IMG/VR virus record: IMGVR_UViG_3300034117_001294
Coordinates: 62,001 to 126,000 of that record
Reading direction: 5' to 3' (one strand)
Length of the DNA stretch: 64,000 nt
Made by a program: the position numbers and the translations under genes. Below, one piece after another: positions 54,898 through 64,000 of this stretch. A model generated the notes under the pieces. It ran no database searches, was not told the origin of the DNA, and saw only the letters and a program-made list of their open reading frames with translations. Numbering within the stretch: position 1 is the stretch's first letter; the number at the start of each line of letters is the position of its first letter.

Positions 54898-55133
54898 TAT
54901 TTATCCGAGATTTTGCCTTCAAGATATAATAACAGCTCGTTAAAATTTACCAGCTTTTCTTCATCCTCTTCTTCGATAGTTACACCAAATTTTTCTGCAA
55001 CAGTTAGCATAACCTCTAAGGTGTCTAAGCTGTCTATTCCTGCCTCTTTCCAAGATTGACTACTAGTAATAGTATGTTTTGTAACCGCCGTTTGATAAGA
55101 AATAATTTCTAGCAATTCTTCTTTAATGTTCAT
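54894..55133 (-). CDS. acyl carrier protein
   Basis: GIDSLDTLEV, acidic, 79 aa. Confidence 0.85.
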   Translation of the reverse strand: MNIKEELLEIISYQTAVTKHTITSSQSWKEAGIDSLDTLEVMLTVAEKFGVTIEEEDEEKLVNFNELLLYLEGKISDKY

Positions 55134-55740
55134 TTAGGTCCTTGAGAATCTTAAGTTTTCGTCGACTGTTTTTTGCAGTCGCACTTCTAATGTAGTATTT
55201 TGAATTATAGGGAGGAGGAAGTCTCGCACTTTCGAGTAACATGTCATACACAGGAAACCCAGTTGATTCGACTCCATCATGCTCAAATTCAACAACGTAT
55301 AGATAATCGTTTAGTTCAGGAACATACTTAGGCCATAGATCAAAAATTTCTTGGCTCATTTGTCGTTCACTAATTGAGGTGTAGAACCTAAAATATCCTT
55401 TTGACTCTGCTAAGTCTAGTGCTAGCTTCATGGCCGCTGCAACACCATTTTTTTCTAGATTAATTGTTAGTGTTCTAATATTAGTTACAATATTACCAAG
55501 ACTCCAATGCGGCATACTTTTCCACCAAGTCATACGTAATGATGCTATTAACTGCCCATCTTGAAAAGTTCCAATATAAGTTCCTGACTTATCGAGCAAT
55601 GTTTTTTCGACATTTTCTAAATTTTTCCAAAAGTCAAATTTTTCTTTTGGCTGATGTTCTGAACGCCAGGGCTCAATTTGATGATAGATATTAGACAATG
55701 CGTTAGCGTCATCTACAGTTAAAATTCTCGTCTCTTGCAT
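55123..55740 (-). CDS. hypothetical GNAT-like protein
   Basis: YIG.F.DGQLIAS, AESKGY. Confidence 0.45.
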   Translation of the reverse strand: MQETRILTVDDANALSNIYHQIEPWRSEHQPKEKFDFWKNLENVEKTLLDKSGTYIGTFQDGQLIASLRMTWWKSMPHWSLGNIVTNIRTLTINLEKNGVAAAMKLALDLAESKGYFRFYTSISERQMSQEIFDLWPKYVPELNDYLYVVEFEHDGVESTGFPVYDMLLESARLPPPYNSKYYIRSATAKNSRRKLKILKDLNEH

Positions 55741-55747
55741 GTCTTAT

Positions 55748-57649
55748 TTAATTTTTTACAATTTCTATCTCTTTAAGAAAGAGTCTGTTTTTTCTTTGAG
55801 AGACTCCGGTGAACATTTGATATGCAAACATTCGTGGTCTCTTTTCCATTGGTATTCTGTAAAAGATTATCTCTTGTTTATCCCAGTCACTAACTCCTAC
55901 TTGTTTATCAACATATCTATATTTGTTAGTTCTTAATGAAATTGATGCTGACCAATTTCTATTGTCAAACCAATTGTCCCAATCAAACAGGGAAGAACAT
56001 AATTTACCCGAAGTAGGATCATACTCCATATCGATAACTTTATTATTTTGCCACTTTATTAAATCTTCAATTTTAGAATTTAATATAGGATGTAGTGACT
56101 CTATCACAGATTGATAGAATTTATCTTTATTTTTTACAAAATGAAAACATAACTTTTCTTCTATCTCAAGACCAGAAACTCCGTCTGGATTCCAATTTAA
56201 AATTGTTCTATCTGTAGTGATCCATTCATTGAGTGCTAAAGTTAAATCTTTAAACAACTCAGGAAAGTTCTCTTCAAGTTTAGCAATTAAATCATCATAA
56301 AAATTTTGATAGCTTTTAATTTTTTTATTATGTAGATAAATGGCAATAACTTTAACTAACCCTAAATCGTGTAGAGCTTGAATGAGCCTACCAAAAATAT
56401 TCATTTTAATCCAGTCATCTGAATCAAATGTTTTGCACCCGATTATAATATCAGACATTTGATCAGGGTCTTTCTCTTTCGAGGACTGATTAAAGTAGTT
56501 TACTGTTGAAAACTGTAGTGCATGTTGATCTATATAGTTTTTATCTGCTGCTGGACTTCCTGGCAAGACACAGAAGTAGTACATCCTTAATTCTTCGTGC
56601 AAGTTTAGTTCAAACACATCATACAAACACTTACGCCATTTTTTAGGAGTATCGCCCGGGTTGCCAATTATTAGCTGTGTAAATGTAGGTATCTTTTTTT
56701 CTAAAAGTTTATCGGACAGTTTTCTAAGTTTATCGATATGCGGATTAATTCTATCAATAATTTCTAAGACTTCTTTGTCAGTATGCTGAAGACTGAACGT
56801 ATAGTTACTAGTTGCACCACTTGAAAATAATATGTCTGCAATTTCTAAATTCCTATCTAAATTATTTTTACTATAACTGACATACATATTTTTTGGCTGA
56901 TTTGTTTTAGATTTTACATCTGCAATAATCTTTGCAATTTCAACATCTCTAGGAAGGATACCAAAATTTGCATCAGCTAGATAAACATAGTTCGGATCTA
57001 AACTGGCAATAAATTCTATTTCAGCTTTAACTACATCAAAAGGCCGCTGTCTAATTTTTGATAGTGTGGAAGATCCCCAATCACAAAATGTACATCCATA
57101 GGGGCATCCCCTATTAGTTTCTAAAATTATGCTCATATTAAAGCTACTGAATTTTTCTTTTAGATCTAATATTGTGTCTTTTTGGAATAGATATGCACTA
57201 ACAGAAAAATCAGTTATCTTTTCTACGAAATATTCTGATAATGATTTGCTTTTAGTACAGGGAATTCTATCAATTGGTTCCCCTTTAATTTTATCAACAA
57301 TTAAATGAATGCATGTTTCTGCTTCGTTAGTAACTACAAACTCAAATATTTCTGTATCATTTTCCAATGTATGTGGGCCACCAGCAATAATCACACCCTT
57401 AGGATTTAAATTTCTGTACCTATCAACAATCTTCATTGTTAAATTTCTATTCCATGCATAGAGACTAACCATCAAGATGTCACTATTTTTTAGATAAGCG
57501 TCATCTATTTCGTGATTGTGTATTATAGGATCTAGAAAATTAAATTTATTTTTAGATTTAGTTTCAACAGTGGTCTTAACTATTAGCCAGGATAAGGGAT
57601 AATGTATAAGGTTGTTGCTGATAGGTAGATGTACAAATCCGATTTTCAT
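55748..57649 (-). CDS. B12-binding radical SAM protein
   Basis: GGPH, ETNRGCPYGCTFCDWG, DANFG. Confidence 0.88.
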   Translation of the reverse strand: MKIGFVHLPISNNLIHYPLSWLIVKTTVETKSKNKFNFLDPIIHNHEIDDAYLKNSDILMVSLYAWNRNLTMKIVDRYRNLNPKGVIIAGGPHTLENDTEIFEFVVTNEAETCIHLIVDKIKGEPIDRIPCTKSKSLSEYFVEKITDFSVSAYLFQKDTILDLKEKFSSFNMSIILETNRGCPYGCTFCDWGSSTLSKIRQRPFDVVKAEIEFIASLDPNYVYLADANFGILPRDVEIAKIIADVKSKTNQPKNMYVSYSKNNLDRNLEIADILFSSGATSNYTFSLQHTDKEVLEIIDRINPHIDKLRKLSDKLLEKKIPTFTQLIIGNPGDTPKKWRKCLYDVFELNLHEELRMYYFCVLPGSPAADKNYIDQHALQFSTVNYFNQSSKEKDPDQMSDIIIGCKTFDSDDWIKMNIFGRLIQALHDLGLVKVIAIYLHNKKIKSYQNFYDDLIAKLEENFPELFKDLTLALNEWITTDRTILNWNPDGVSGLEIEEKLCFHFVKNKDKFYQSVIESLHPILNSKIEDLIKWQNNKVIDMEYDPTSGKLCSSLFDWDNWFDNRNWSASISLRTNKYRYVDKQVGVSDWDKQEIIFYRIPMEKRPRMFAYQMFTGVSQRKNRLFLKEIEIVKN

Positions 57650-58458
57650 TTTTTTCGATCTTGGAACATCTTAATAAATGTTCCGGCTGGGTCAATTTCC
57701 CACCATTTAACACCAAGGTAGCTTTTTCCAGGTTTGGCATGATGATTGTTGTGCCATGTTTCCCCGAATACAAATGGCCAGAGCCACCAAACATTCATAC
57801 TATTATCTTTAGTATCAAAATTTGTATATCCAAAGCCAGGTGTATGATTTAAACTATTAGTAATATTATACGTGATTAAGGTAACAAAAGCAGCCAGTAT
57901 GGAGAAATATAAAAAGAAATCCCAACTGATAATTAAAAATATCAAATTAGAAACTACCCAAACTTTGTTATAGTGAGTACTAAACCATACTACATCTGGA
58001 TTACGAAGGCAATCGATTGCATATTTAAAATTAACTGCGGAGGGTTTAATGCGGTACATCCAAAGGATAAAGCTATGCCAAAACCCATGTATAGGGCTAT
58101 GATGATCTAATTCAGTATCACTGCACCGGTGATGATATCCTCTATGTAACGCTACCCACCAAACAGGACTACCCTGTCCTGCAATCACTGCGGCCCACAA
58201 CATGAGGCGTTCTTTCCATTTACTTGCTTTAAAACTTCTATGACTAAAATACCTGTGAAGTCCGGCAGTCACTCCGATAATGTTGATTACAAAATATCCT
58301 AGCAAGAAATATATTAGTTTAATATGTTCATAGTTTGCAACAATATCATAGCAGGCCCACATACCTAACAGCAAAGTCGGTGTTAATATTAGCAGAAGGT
58401 TAGGCACTTCTTTCAAGTTTTTAAGGATAGGATTAAACATGCTGCTATTTACCGGCAC
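57646..58458 (-). CDS. membrane fatty-acid desaturase
   Basis: HRYFSH, HRGYHH, WHNNHH. Confidence 0.9.
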   Translation of the reverse strand: MPVNSSMFNPILKNLKEVPNLLLILTPTLLLGMWACYDIVANYEHIKLIYFLLGYFVINIIGVTAGLHRYFSHRSFKASKWKERLMLWAAVIAGQGSPVWWVALHRGYHHRCSDTELDHHSPIHGFWHSFILWMYRIKPSAVNFKYAIDCLRNPDVVWFSTHYNKVWVVSNLIFLIISWDFFLYFSILAAFVTLITYNITNSLNHTPGFGYTNFDTKDNSMNVWWLWPFVFGETWHNNHHAKPGKSYLGVKWWEIDPAGTFIKMFQDRKK

Positions 58459-59102
58459 AGTCGATATTGGTGTTTAAGCGTGAATGATAATAAAACTACC
58501 GGGCCCAAAATAGACTTTGGTAAAATAAAACTAAGACCTTTAAATTTAAAAGAATCTAAATCTTGTTGAGATCTAAATATCTGTTCTACTCTAAAATTAT
58601 GAGTCAGCCCCGGAATAGTTTTTGTAAACACTTTGTCAATATATTCGTCTGCCTTAGAAAAATCAGTCATGTTTACTAAACCCTTCGGTGCTTTAATTAC
58701 CATGTACCCAGTATAATATCCTTGTGCTTCAAAGAATGAAGTAGATAATGCTTCTATTGATAAAATTTTATCAGCAGGTGTAGCCCAGGATGTTTCTCTG
58801 AAATATACTAACCCTACGCACCAATAAGGCCAGTAACTTTCTTTAATGCCCCAAACTACTTCTAACTTGTACGCAACAAATATTTGTTCTAATCTGCCAT
58901 TGATAAACTGTCCTGTTATAATAAAATCATTTTGAGATGCTTTATTAAACGTGTCTTTAATCCATGTAACAACACCTACTTGATTCTTATATGCGTATAT
59001 AGGATTAGTTCGTTGAAATTCTCCTTGCAAATAAAGATCGAGTATTTCGTTTAGTTGCTTTACATCATCAACATTAGCTGGATCTAAAAATCTATTAATC
59101 AT
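58449..59102 (-). CDS. hypothetical protein
   Basis: ORF in operon. Confidence 0.55.
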   Translation of the reverse strand: MINRFLDPANVDDVKQLNEILDLYLQGEFQRTNPIYAYKNQVGVVTWIKDTFNKASQNDFIITGQFINGRLEQIFVAYKLEVVWGIKESYWPYWCVGLVYFRETSWATPADKILSIEALSTSFFEAQGYYTGYMVIKAPKGLVNMTDFSKADEYIDKVFTKTIPGLTHNFRVEQIFRSQQDLDSFKFKGLSFILPKSILGPVVLLSFTLKHQYRLCR

Positions 59103-60318
59103 TTTTATATTCTATGCAGATAGACTGTAACAATTTGTTAGCACGATTAGATACTTCAGTGATCGATTTATCTGCAATAATAAAATAACCTTTCTCGTTC
59201 GCTAGCATATCGTGTCTAGACGGATATATTCGTTTTCCGATATCTGGTAATACTAATTCATTAGCAGTGTTATTTTTGCATTCTATGTTTGATATTGTTC
59301 CTGCAGGAAAATTAAAATTATGATAAATGCAAGCACCGTCAAATATTGGCTGGTACTGTTGGTTGTTTAGTAAAGAAATGACCCATAACCCGGTGTATTC
59401 TTTACACAAAGAATGTAATGGTTTTTGGGGATTGTTTGTGACCCTCATACCAAAATCAATAAAATAAAAATCAGTATCACTAATAATCACATCAAATAAA
59501 AAAGGTGAATCATTCAATTGAATATGTTGTAAAAATTGGGCTGCTTGTTCTTTAATTTTTTCAATAACACTACGAGAAATTTTAGAAGGAAATCGAAACA
59601 CTAATTCTGTGCACCACGGCGGGGGAGATGATTCTATATCAAAAATTGAATCAAACGTAATTTGACTACCAACTACTCGACCAGAAACTGTGATTAACTC
59701 ACCTTCTATAAATTCTTGTATAATATAGTTGCTATTAAAATCAAAGTAGCCTTGCTTCCAGAATTCAATTTTTGGTAAAGCGTGTTTATCAATATCAAAA
59801 AATTGCGTCAACTGTTCATTATTAAAAATTACTTTAACACCTATACTACCTGTTCCTGCTGACGGTTTAACAACTACAGGAAATTTTAACGAAGTGTTAT
59901 CTATAAAAGTTTTAGGATACGGTATTCCAATAGTTTCAAAAATTTTATAATATGCTTCTTTATTGCACAGTGCTGATTGTTCTAGTTTTATCCCTGGCAA
60001 ATTAAATTTTGAGTTTAATGATGCAATTACATGATTAATATAATCAGGCATAGTAGGCAATATGTAACAGTACTCTTCAACTTTAATCAATTCTTTAAGA
60101 AATATTTCAAACCTACTATGGGTAGTAGAATCGTAGGTCAATTCACTATTATAAATTTTAATATTGTTTTGAGGAATAAGTCCTTTTAGTTTTCTAATAA
60201 GAAAGTCAAATTCAGTGTTGTCAGTAGCGATAACAACATCGTACTCTATTAACAAATCATTTAAAGATTGTAGACAGCACAGCAGATTTGCATTCAATGA
60301 CGGAATTAATATTTTCAC
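59095..60318 (-). CDS. ATP-grasp ligase
   Basis: FPVVVKP..G.GSIGV, IQEFIEG, IDFG.R. Confidence 0.8.
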   Translation of the reverse strand: MKILIPSLNANLLCCLQSLNDLLIEYDVVIATDNTEFDFLIRKLKGLIPQNNIKIYNSELTYDSTTHSRFEIFLKELIKVEEYCYILPTMPDYINHVIASLNSKFNLPGIKLEQSALCNKEAYYKIFETIGIPYPKTFIDNTSLKFPVVVKPSAGTGSIGVKVIFNNEQLTQFFDIDKHALPKIEFWKQGYFDFNSNYIIQEFIEGELITVSGRVVGSQITFDSIFDIESSPPPWCTELVFRFPSKISRSVIEKIKEQAAQFLQHIQLNDSPFLFDVIISDTDFYFIDFGMRVTNNPQKPLHSLCKEYTGLWVISLLNNQQYQPIFDGACIYHNFNFPAGTISNIECKNNTANELVLPDIGKRIYPSRHDMLANEKGYFIIADKSITEVSNRANKLLQSICIEYKND

Positions 60319-60773
60319 GGTACAGTCTTATAAGTTCTAAATAATATATCCCAGAAGGGATGAAATATCCCATAATTATACGGTCCGTTAAAATGATGAA
60401 CTAGGTGCCACTTTCCGCTAGTACTCAATGGAAAGATATCAAAGGTTCGATTGTGTTCGATTGCTTCTTGAATAAATGCAGACCATATATAAAATATCAC
60501 AGCAATCCACCATTGTCCTGTAATATAGCAAAACAATAGAGTTGGTATAATTTCAGTTAACCAAACATCTATAGTACTGACTTTGTTATCCTGAAAAATA
60601 AAAATATTAGTCCAATGCCAGGTTGGTTCATTATTAACGATAAACTGATGATGTCCAACATGATAGGTTTTTAGGAATGGTACTACATGGGCAGCACGAT
60701 GCATCCAGTATAGCAGTAGCGTCCATACTAGGAAATATATTATACCAAAGATTATGCTTTGAGCACTGACCAA
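60315..60773 (-). CDS. sterol desaturase/fatty-acid hydroxylase family protein
   Basis: YWMHRAAH, HVGHH, HLVHH, NYG...WD.LF.T. Confidence 0.8.
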   Translation of the reverse strand: MVSAQSIIFGIIYFLVWTLLLYWMHRAAHVVPFLKTYHVGHHQFIVNNEPTWHWTNIFIFQDNKVSTIDVWLTEIIPTLLFCYITGQWWIAVIFYIWSAFIQEAIEHNRTFDIFPLSTSGKWHLVHHFNGPYNYGIFHPFWDILFRTYKTVP

Positions 60774-61369
60774 TCAAACTCCCAGGTTGCGTCTATTTTT
60801 TCGTACAGCACCCATTGCGGAGTGTACTGTATATTTACAAGGAAGGGTAGTTCGTTTATGTTAGAAAAGAATAAATGTTCCGGGGATCTCTGAAATACTC
60901 GACCTGTTTGTTCTCCAAGGCGAGTTCTGTAAAAAATGTTCTTTATATTTTTATTGTAATCATTAAAGCATAATGCTACCTGTTTACAGCCTTTATTCAT
61001 ACTCCATACTTTTTGTTTGGGGAGAATGTAATCTCTAATTAACGCACGATGTCGAAACTGTTTTGCAGTCCATGTGCGAGTTCCAGCTAAACTGATGCCT
61101 TTGTTAAATTCACTTAGATAAACTCCACCGCAAGCAGCAATAGTTTCTCCATTAATTAGTACATAAAATTCACCATTGCCGTTTGAAAATCGATCAGTTT
61201 TTAGTAACACATGCGGTAAGGTATGTGGAGCTTCTTCCCAATTATCGTCCCACATGTTAGTTGCTGCAGGTTGATCAGATTCTAGGCTAGCAGCTTTGCA
61301 AAAATCAAAAAAGTATAGACGTTGTTGCTCCGACAAAGACGAAAAGGCAATTAAAATAAATTCAGACAT
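60752..61369 (-). CDS. GNAT-like protein
   Basis: ACGGV, RTW...FR. Confidence 0.45.
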   Translation of the reverse strand: MSEFILIAFSSLSEQQRLYFFDFCKAASLESDQPAATNMWDDNWEEAPHTLPHVLLKTDRFSNGNGEFYVLINGETIAACGGVYLSEFNKGISLAGTRTWTAKQFRHRALIRDYILPKQKVWSMNKGCKQVALCFNDYNKNIKNIFYRTRLGEQTGRVFQRSPEHLFFSNINELPFLVNIQYTPQWVLYEKIDATWEFDWSVLKA

Positions 61370-61406
61370 ATTAAAAACGGTTAAATATTTATATATGGGG
61401 TATCCA

Positions 61407-62201
61407 ATGAAGCAGTATTTTTATCCAAGGGAATGGTTTTTTATCTTAATGCAACTCGTATCTGCAGGAGTGTTTGTGTGGGCACTAACTACAACCGTTA
61501 GTTGGAGCAATTGGTTGCTTGCTCTATTTGGATATTTTTTAATTACATGTTTAGGCATTACAGTTACATTTCATAGATTGCTGACTCATAAATCATATCG
61601 ACTTTGGAAACCCTTAGAGTATTTGTTTAGCTTCTTTGGAAATTTAGGCTGCACCGGTAGCTCAGTAGGATGGGTTTTTGTACATAGAGAACATCATAAA
61701 TTTGCAGATAAGCCTGGCGATCCACACAGCCCAGTAGTACTAGGTCCAATAGGTGCTTTTGTTGGTAACTACGGCGGCAAATTTAACAAATGGTCTGTAA
61801 AAGATATTATCAACGATCCTGTTCATAGATTTATGCACGAATACTATATGCCGATAGTCTTATTGGTTGTAGCAGTATTGGTAGCAATTGATCCAATAAT
61901 TGCTGTGTTCCTCTACATTATTCCTGTATTTTTTAACACGATGGCTTCTAGGTTGAGCAACTGGATTGATCATAGCCCAATGTTTGGTACTCGCGTTGCA
62001 ACCGACCATAGAGATCAGTCACATAATGTTTGGTGGTGGTCGTACTTAACATTTGGCGAAGGTTGGCACTATAACCATCACACTACTCCCGGAAGTTGGA
62101 AAATTGGAAAAGAATGGTGGCAGTTTGACCCCGGTCGATACGTTATCCAAATTTTGATATTTCTAGGACTTGCGTCGGAGAAGAAAATAAGTTATAATTA
62201 A
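61407..62201 (+). CDS. membrane fatty-acid desaturase
   Basis: HRLLTH, HREHH, GEGWHYNHH; start at ATG 61395 or 61407. Confidence 0.9.
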   Translation: MKQYFYPREWFFILMQLVSAGVFVWALTTTVSWSNWLLALFGYFLITCLGITVTFHRLLTHKSYRLWKPLEYLFSFFGNLGCTGSSVGWVFVHREHHKFADKPGDPHSPVVLGPIGAFVGNYGGKFNKWSVKDIINDPVHRFMHEYYMPIVLLVVAVLVAIDPIIAVFLYIIPVFFNTMASRLSNWIDHSPMFGTRVATDHRDQSHNVWWWSYLTFGEGWHYNHHTTPGSWKIGKEWWQFDPGRYVIQILIFLGLASEKKISYN

Positions 62202-62203
62202 TT

Positions 62204-62304
62204 GCGGTCGTGAGCAAATTGGAAAAGCTCCCAAGGTCCACTGAGGGGAACGGGCACGGTCCTAGACGACGCCCTTGTAGGTTCGAAGCCTACCGACCGT
62301 ACCA
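62204..62304 (+). tRNA. tRNA-Leu(GAG)-like, expanded anticodon arm
   Basis: GCGGTCG/CGACCGT-ACCA, T arm, CTGAGG loop; 101 nt. Confidence 0.6.
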
Positions 62305-62317
62305 AATTTAGTAAAGT

Positions 62318-63013
62318 ATGATTAAAACTATAATATCAGGTGTTGATGCTGACAAATACATATACAAAACAAATTTAAAATTTGCAGATGATTTTTGTCA
62401 GGATCTGTTAGGTCAAGTTAAACTTAGCATAGACAATCTTGTTTTTAGAAATAACTACAACGACCCTAGAAATAACCCAAGAGATACTTTTAATTTAATA
62501 GGAATTGAAGATTCAAGAGAATTGATTCGACGAGGCAGGCAAATCAAGGAATACTTTACAGAAAGTAATGTTATTAACTTTACTCAATATTTTCTTACAG
62601 AACATGATACTTCTGAATTCCTTTCACTAACTCCGGACTTTTTAAAAGAACCCACTCCCGGCGAGCCAGTTCCTATATTCCAAATTAGCCACGGAGGAGA
62701 AATCCTGCCGCCCCATAAAGGTCATAAAAGAAAAAGTTCTCTGTTTATGCTACTCGAAGGTAACGGAGAAGAGACTAGATGGTATCGAGAAAAAGAGCCA
62801 TTCGAGATTATTCACACTACTAGAATACCAGACTTAGATAAAATCGAACATGTGGTCAGTGCCCAAATAGAGCCAGGGTATTGGTATGTGTTCAATCATC
62901 TCGAGTGGCATAGTGTACATAAGTTTAGCACTGGTATTCGAATGAACATAGGCCTAGACTTTGACAGTATCTTAGCACCCGAACTAATTAACCTAATAAA
63001 AAAGAATTCTTAA
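62318..63013 (+). CDS. 2OG-Fe(II)/cupin-like oxygenase
   Basis: PPHK.H...WY...WHSV...R. Confidence 0.5.
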   Translation: MIKTIISGVDADKYIYKTNLKFADDFCQDLLGQVKLSIDNLVFRNNYNDPRNNPRDTFNLIGIEDSRELIRRGRQIKEYFTESNVINFTQYFLTEHDTSEFLSLTPDFLKEPTPGEPVPIFQISHGGEILPPHKGHKRKSSLFMLLEGNGEETRWYREKEPFEIIHTTRIPDLDKIEHVVSAQIEPGYWYVFNHLEWHSVHKFSTGIRMNIGLDFDSILAPELINLIKKNS

Positions 63014-63014
63014 A

Positions 63015-63746
63015 ATGTCAGAAGTTAAAAACAACTATATCAAAGCCTCATGGGCACGTAGAGCAGAACTTACAGAATTAGTGTATCAACGAACACAGGG
63101 ATTCGTACATCGAGGTCCATTTCAAGCAATGAAAATTTTGCACAAGTTTAGCTGGGGCGATGGCGACTGTGCTAGCAAATTACTAGGGTTATATGAATGT
63201 GAACTATTTGAAGACATTGAACGAGTTATTAATCAACCGCACGACCTAATCTTAAACATAGGATGTGCTGAAGGTTACTATGGTATTGGTTTGGCAAAAA
63301 GAACACAGACAAAAACCATAGTGTTTGATGTAAACAAAACTGCTGTGGACATTGCAAGAGAAAATGCTGCCGCCAACGGTGTAAACAAAATTCTATTCAG
63401 TACAGACTGCACTATAGACAACTATAGATCATTCCTTGCTTCGGCTAATAATCCGTTTATCTTTATGGATTGCGAAGGTGCAGAAGAAGAAATACTTGAC
63501 CTCAATGTGATGCCAGAACTAACCAAGACCGCAGTAATGGTTGAAAGTCATGACTGTAATAGGCCTGGCCTAACTGATAAGTTAGTTGCACGATTTGCAG
63601 AAACACACAATATTAAACTGATTAGGCAAGGAAATAAAAATCCCTATATGCCGTTAATTGACGATTTAGATGATTATGATAAAATGTTGCTATGTGTGGA
63701 AGCAAGGCCTAGCACAATGATCTGGTTATACATGTATCCTAAATGA
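63015..63746 (+). CDS. class I SAM methyltransferase
   Basis: NIGCAEGYY, MDCEGAE. Confidence 0.75.
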   Translation: MSEVKNNYIKASWARRAELTELVYQRTQGFVHRGPFQAMKILHKFSWGDGDCASKLLGLYECELFEDIERVINQPHDLILNIGCAEGYYGIGLAKRTQTKTIVFDVNKTAVDIARENAAANGVNKILFSTDCTIDNYRSFLASANNPFIFMDCEGAEEEILDLNVMPELTKTAVMVESHDCNRPGLTDKLVARFAETHNIKLIRQGNKNPYMPLIDDLDDYDKMLLCVEARPSTMIWLYMYPK

Positions 63747-64000
63747 AGTACGAAATTTTTAAAGAACCATTTGTCCACATTGTGATAGATGATTTTGTAC
63801 CATGGGTGTACAATTTGCAGATTATCAACGAAGCTTGTAGATTAATTCCTGGAATGATTACTAGCAAGGTCAACAGTAATCAAGGCATTGTTATTAGTCC
63901 CGGCTCGAAGAGCAGTAAGAATATGTGGCTGTTCCAGCAATACGCTGCCCGACCAAACAATTTTCAAATTTCAACTTACCTTGAACAGAGAATTTGGTCC
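63743..64000 (+). CDS. probable 2OG-Fe(II) oxygenase (3' partial)
   Basis: EPFVHIVIDDF N-terminus; frame open to the window edge. Confidence 0.5.
   Translation, partial: MKYEIFKEPFVHIVIDDFVPWVYNLQIINEACRLIPGMITSKVNSNQGIVISPGSKSSKNMWLFQQYAARPNNFQISTYLEQRIWS

Noticed and set aside
1-64000. Genome-wide stop-codon reassignment suggested by the UCA element
   Set aside because: Genes are intact under code 11, and TGA and TAG end genes at coupled junctions or just before the next SD

Overview
The window looks like part of a large (jumbo, T4-like) phage genome. Support: dense AT-rich genes, perfect sigma70 promoters, recurring TAAATA late-promoter-like motifs and a very large tRNA array; a proteobacterial host is inferred. 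Layout: (1) 1-17 kb auxiliary genes: FabF-like synthase, heme oxygenase with two ferredoxin-dependent bilin reductases, a curli-like CsgF/CsgG/curlin/FecR module, a CHASE2 adenylate cyclase, a ~460-nt structured non-coding stretch and AhpC/AhpD. (2) 17-23.5 kb nucleotide-sugar operon on the minus strand. (3) 23.5-42.5 kb RNA/translation island holding 43 of the window's 44 tRNA or tRNA-like genes (all 20 amino acids), plus RpoZ, putative RNA end-healing enzymes and a DUF2828/Ro60-like VWA protein. (4) 42.5-64 kb cluster of B12 radical SAM enzymes, desaturases, ACP, ATP-grasp, Rieske and 2OG/cupin-like oxygenases. The most striking unannotated structure is in the RNA island. Nine copies (plus one variant) of a covarying RNA clamp, TAGGWTNN-NTWCAGCAA...NNAWCCTG, enclose anticodon stem-loops or circularly permuted tRNAs, and three lie in tandem directly ahead of the Ro-like gene, suggesting a Y-RNA-like tRNA-mimic system. 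Upstream of the array, a 49-codon leader ORF containing all 20 amino acids is linked to a terminator/antiterminator pair, a candidate sensor of general tRNA shortage. All calls were made by eye and no database searches were run.
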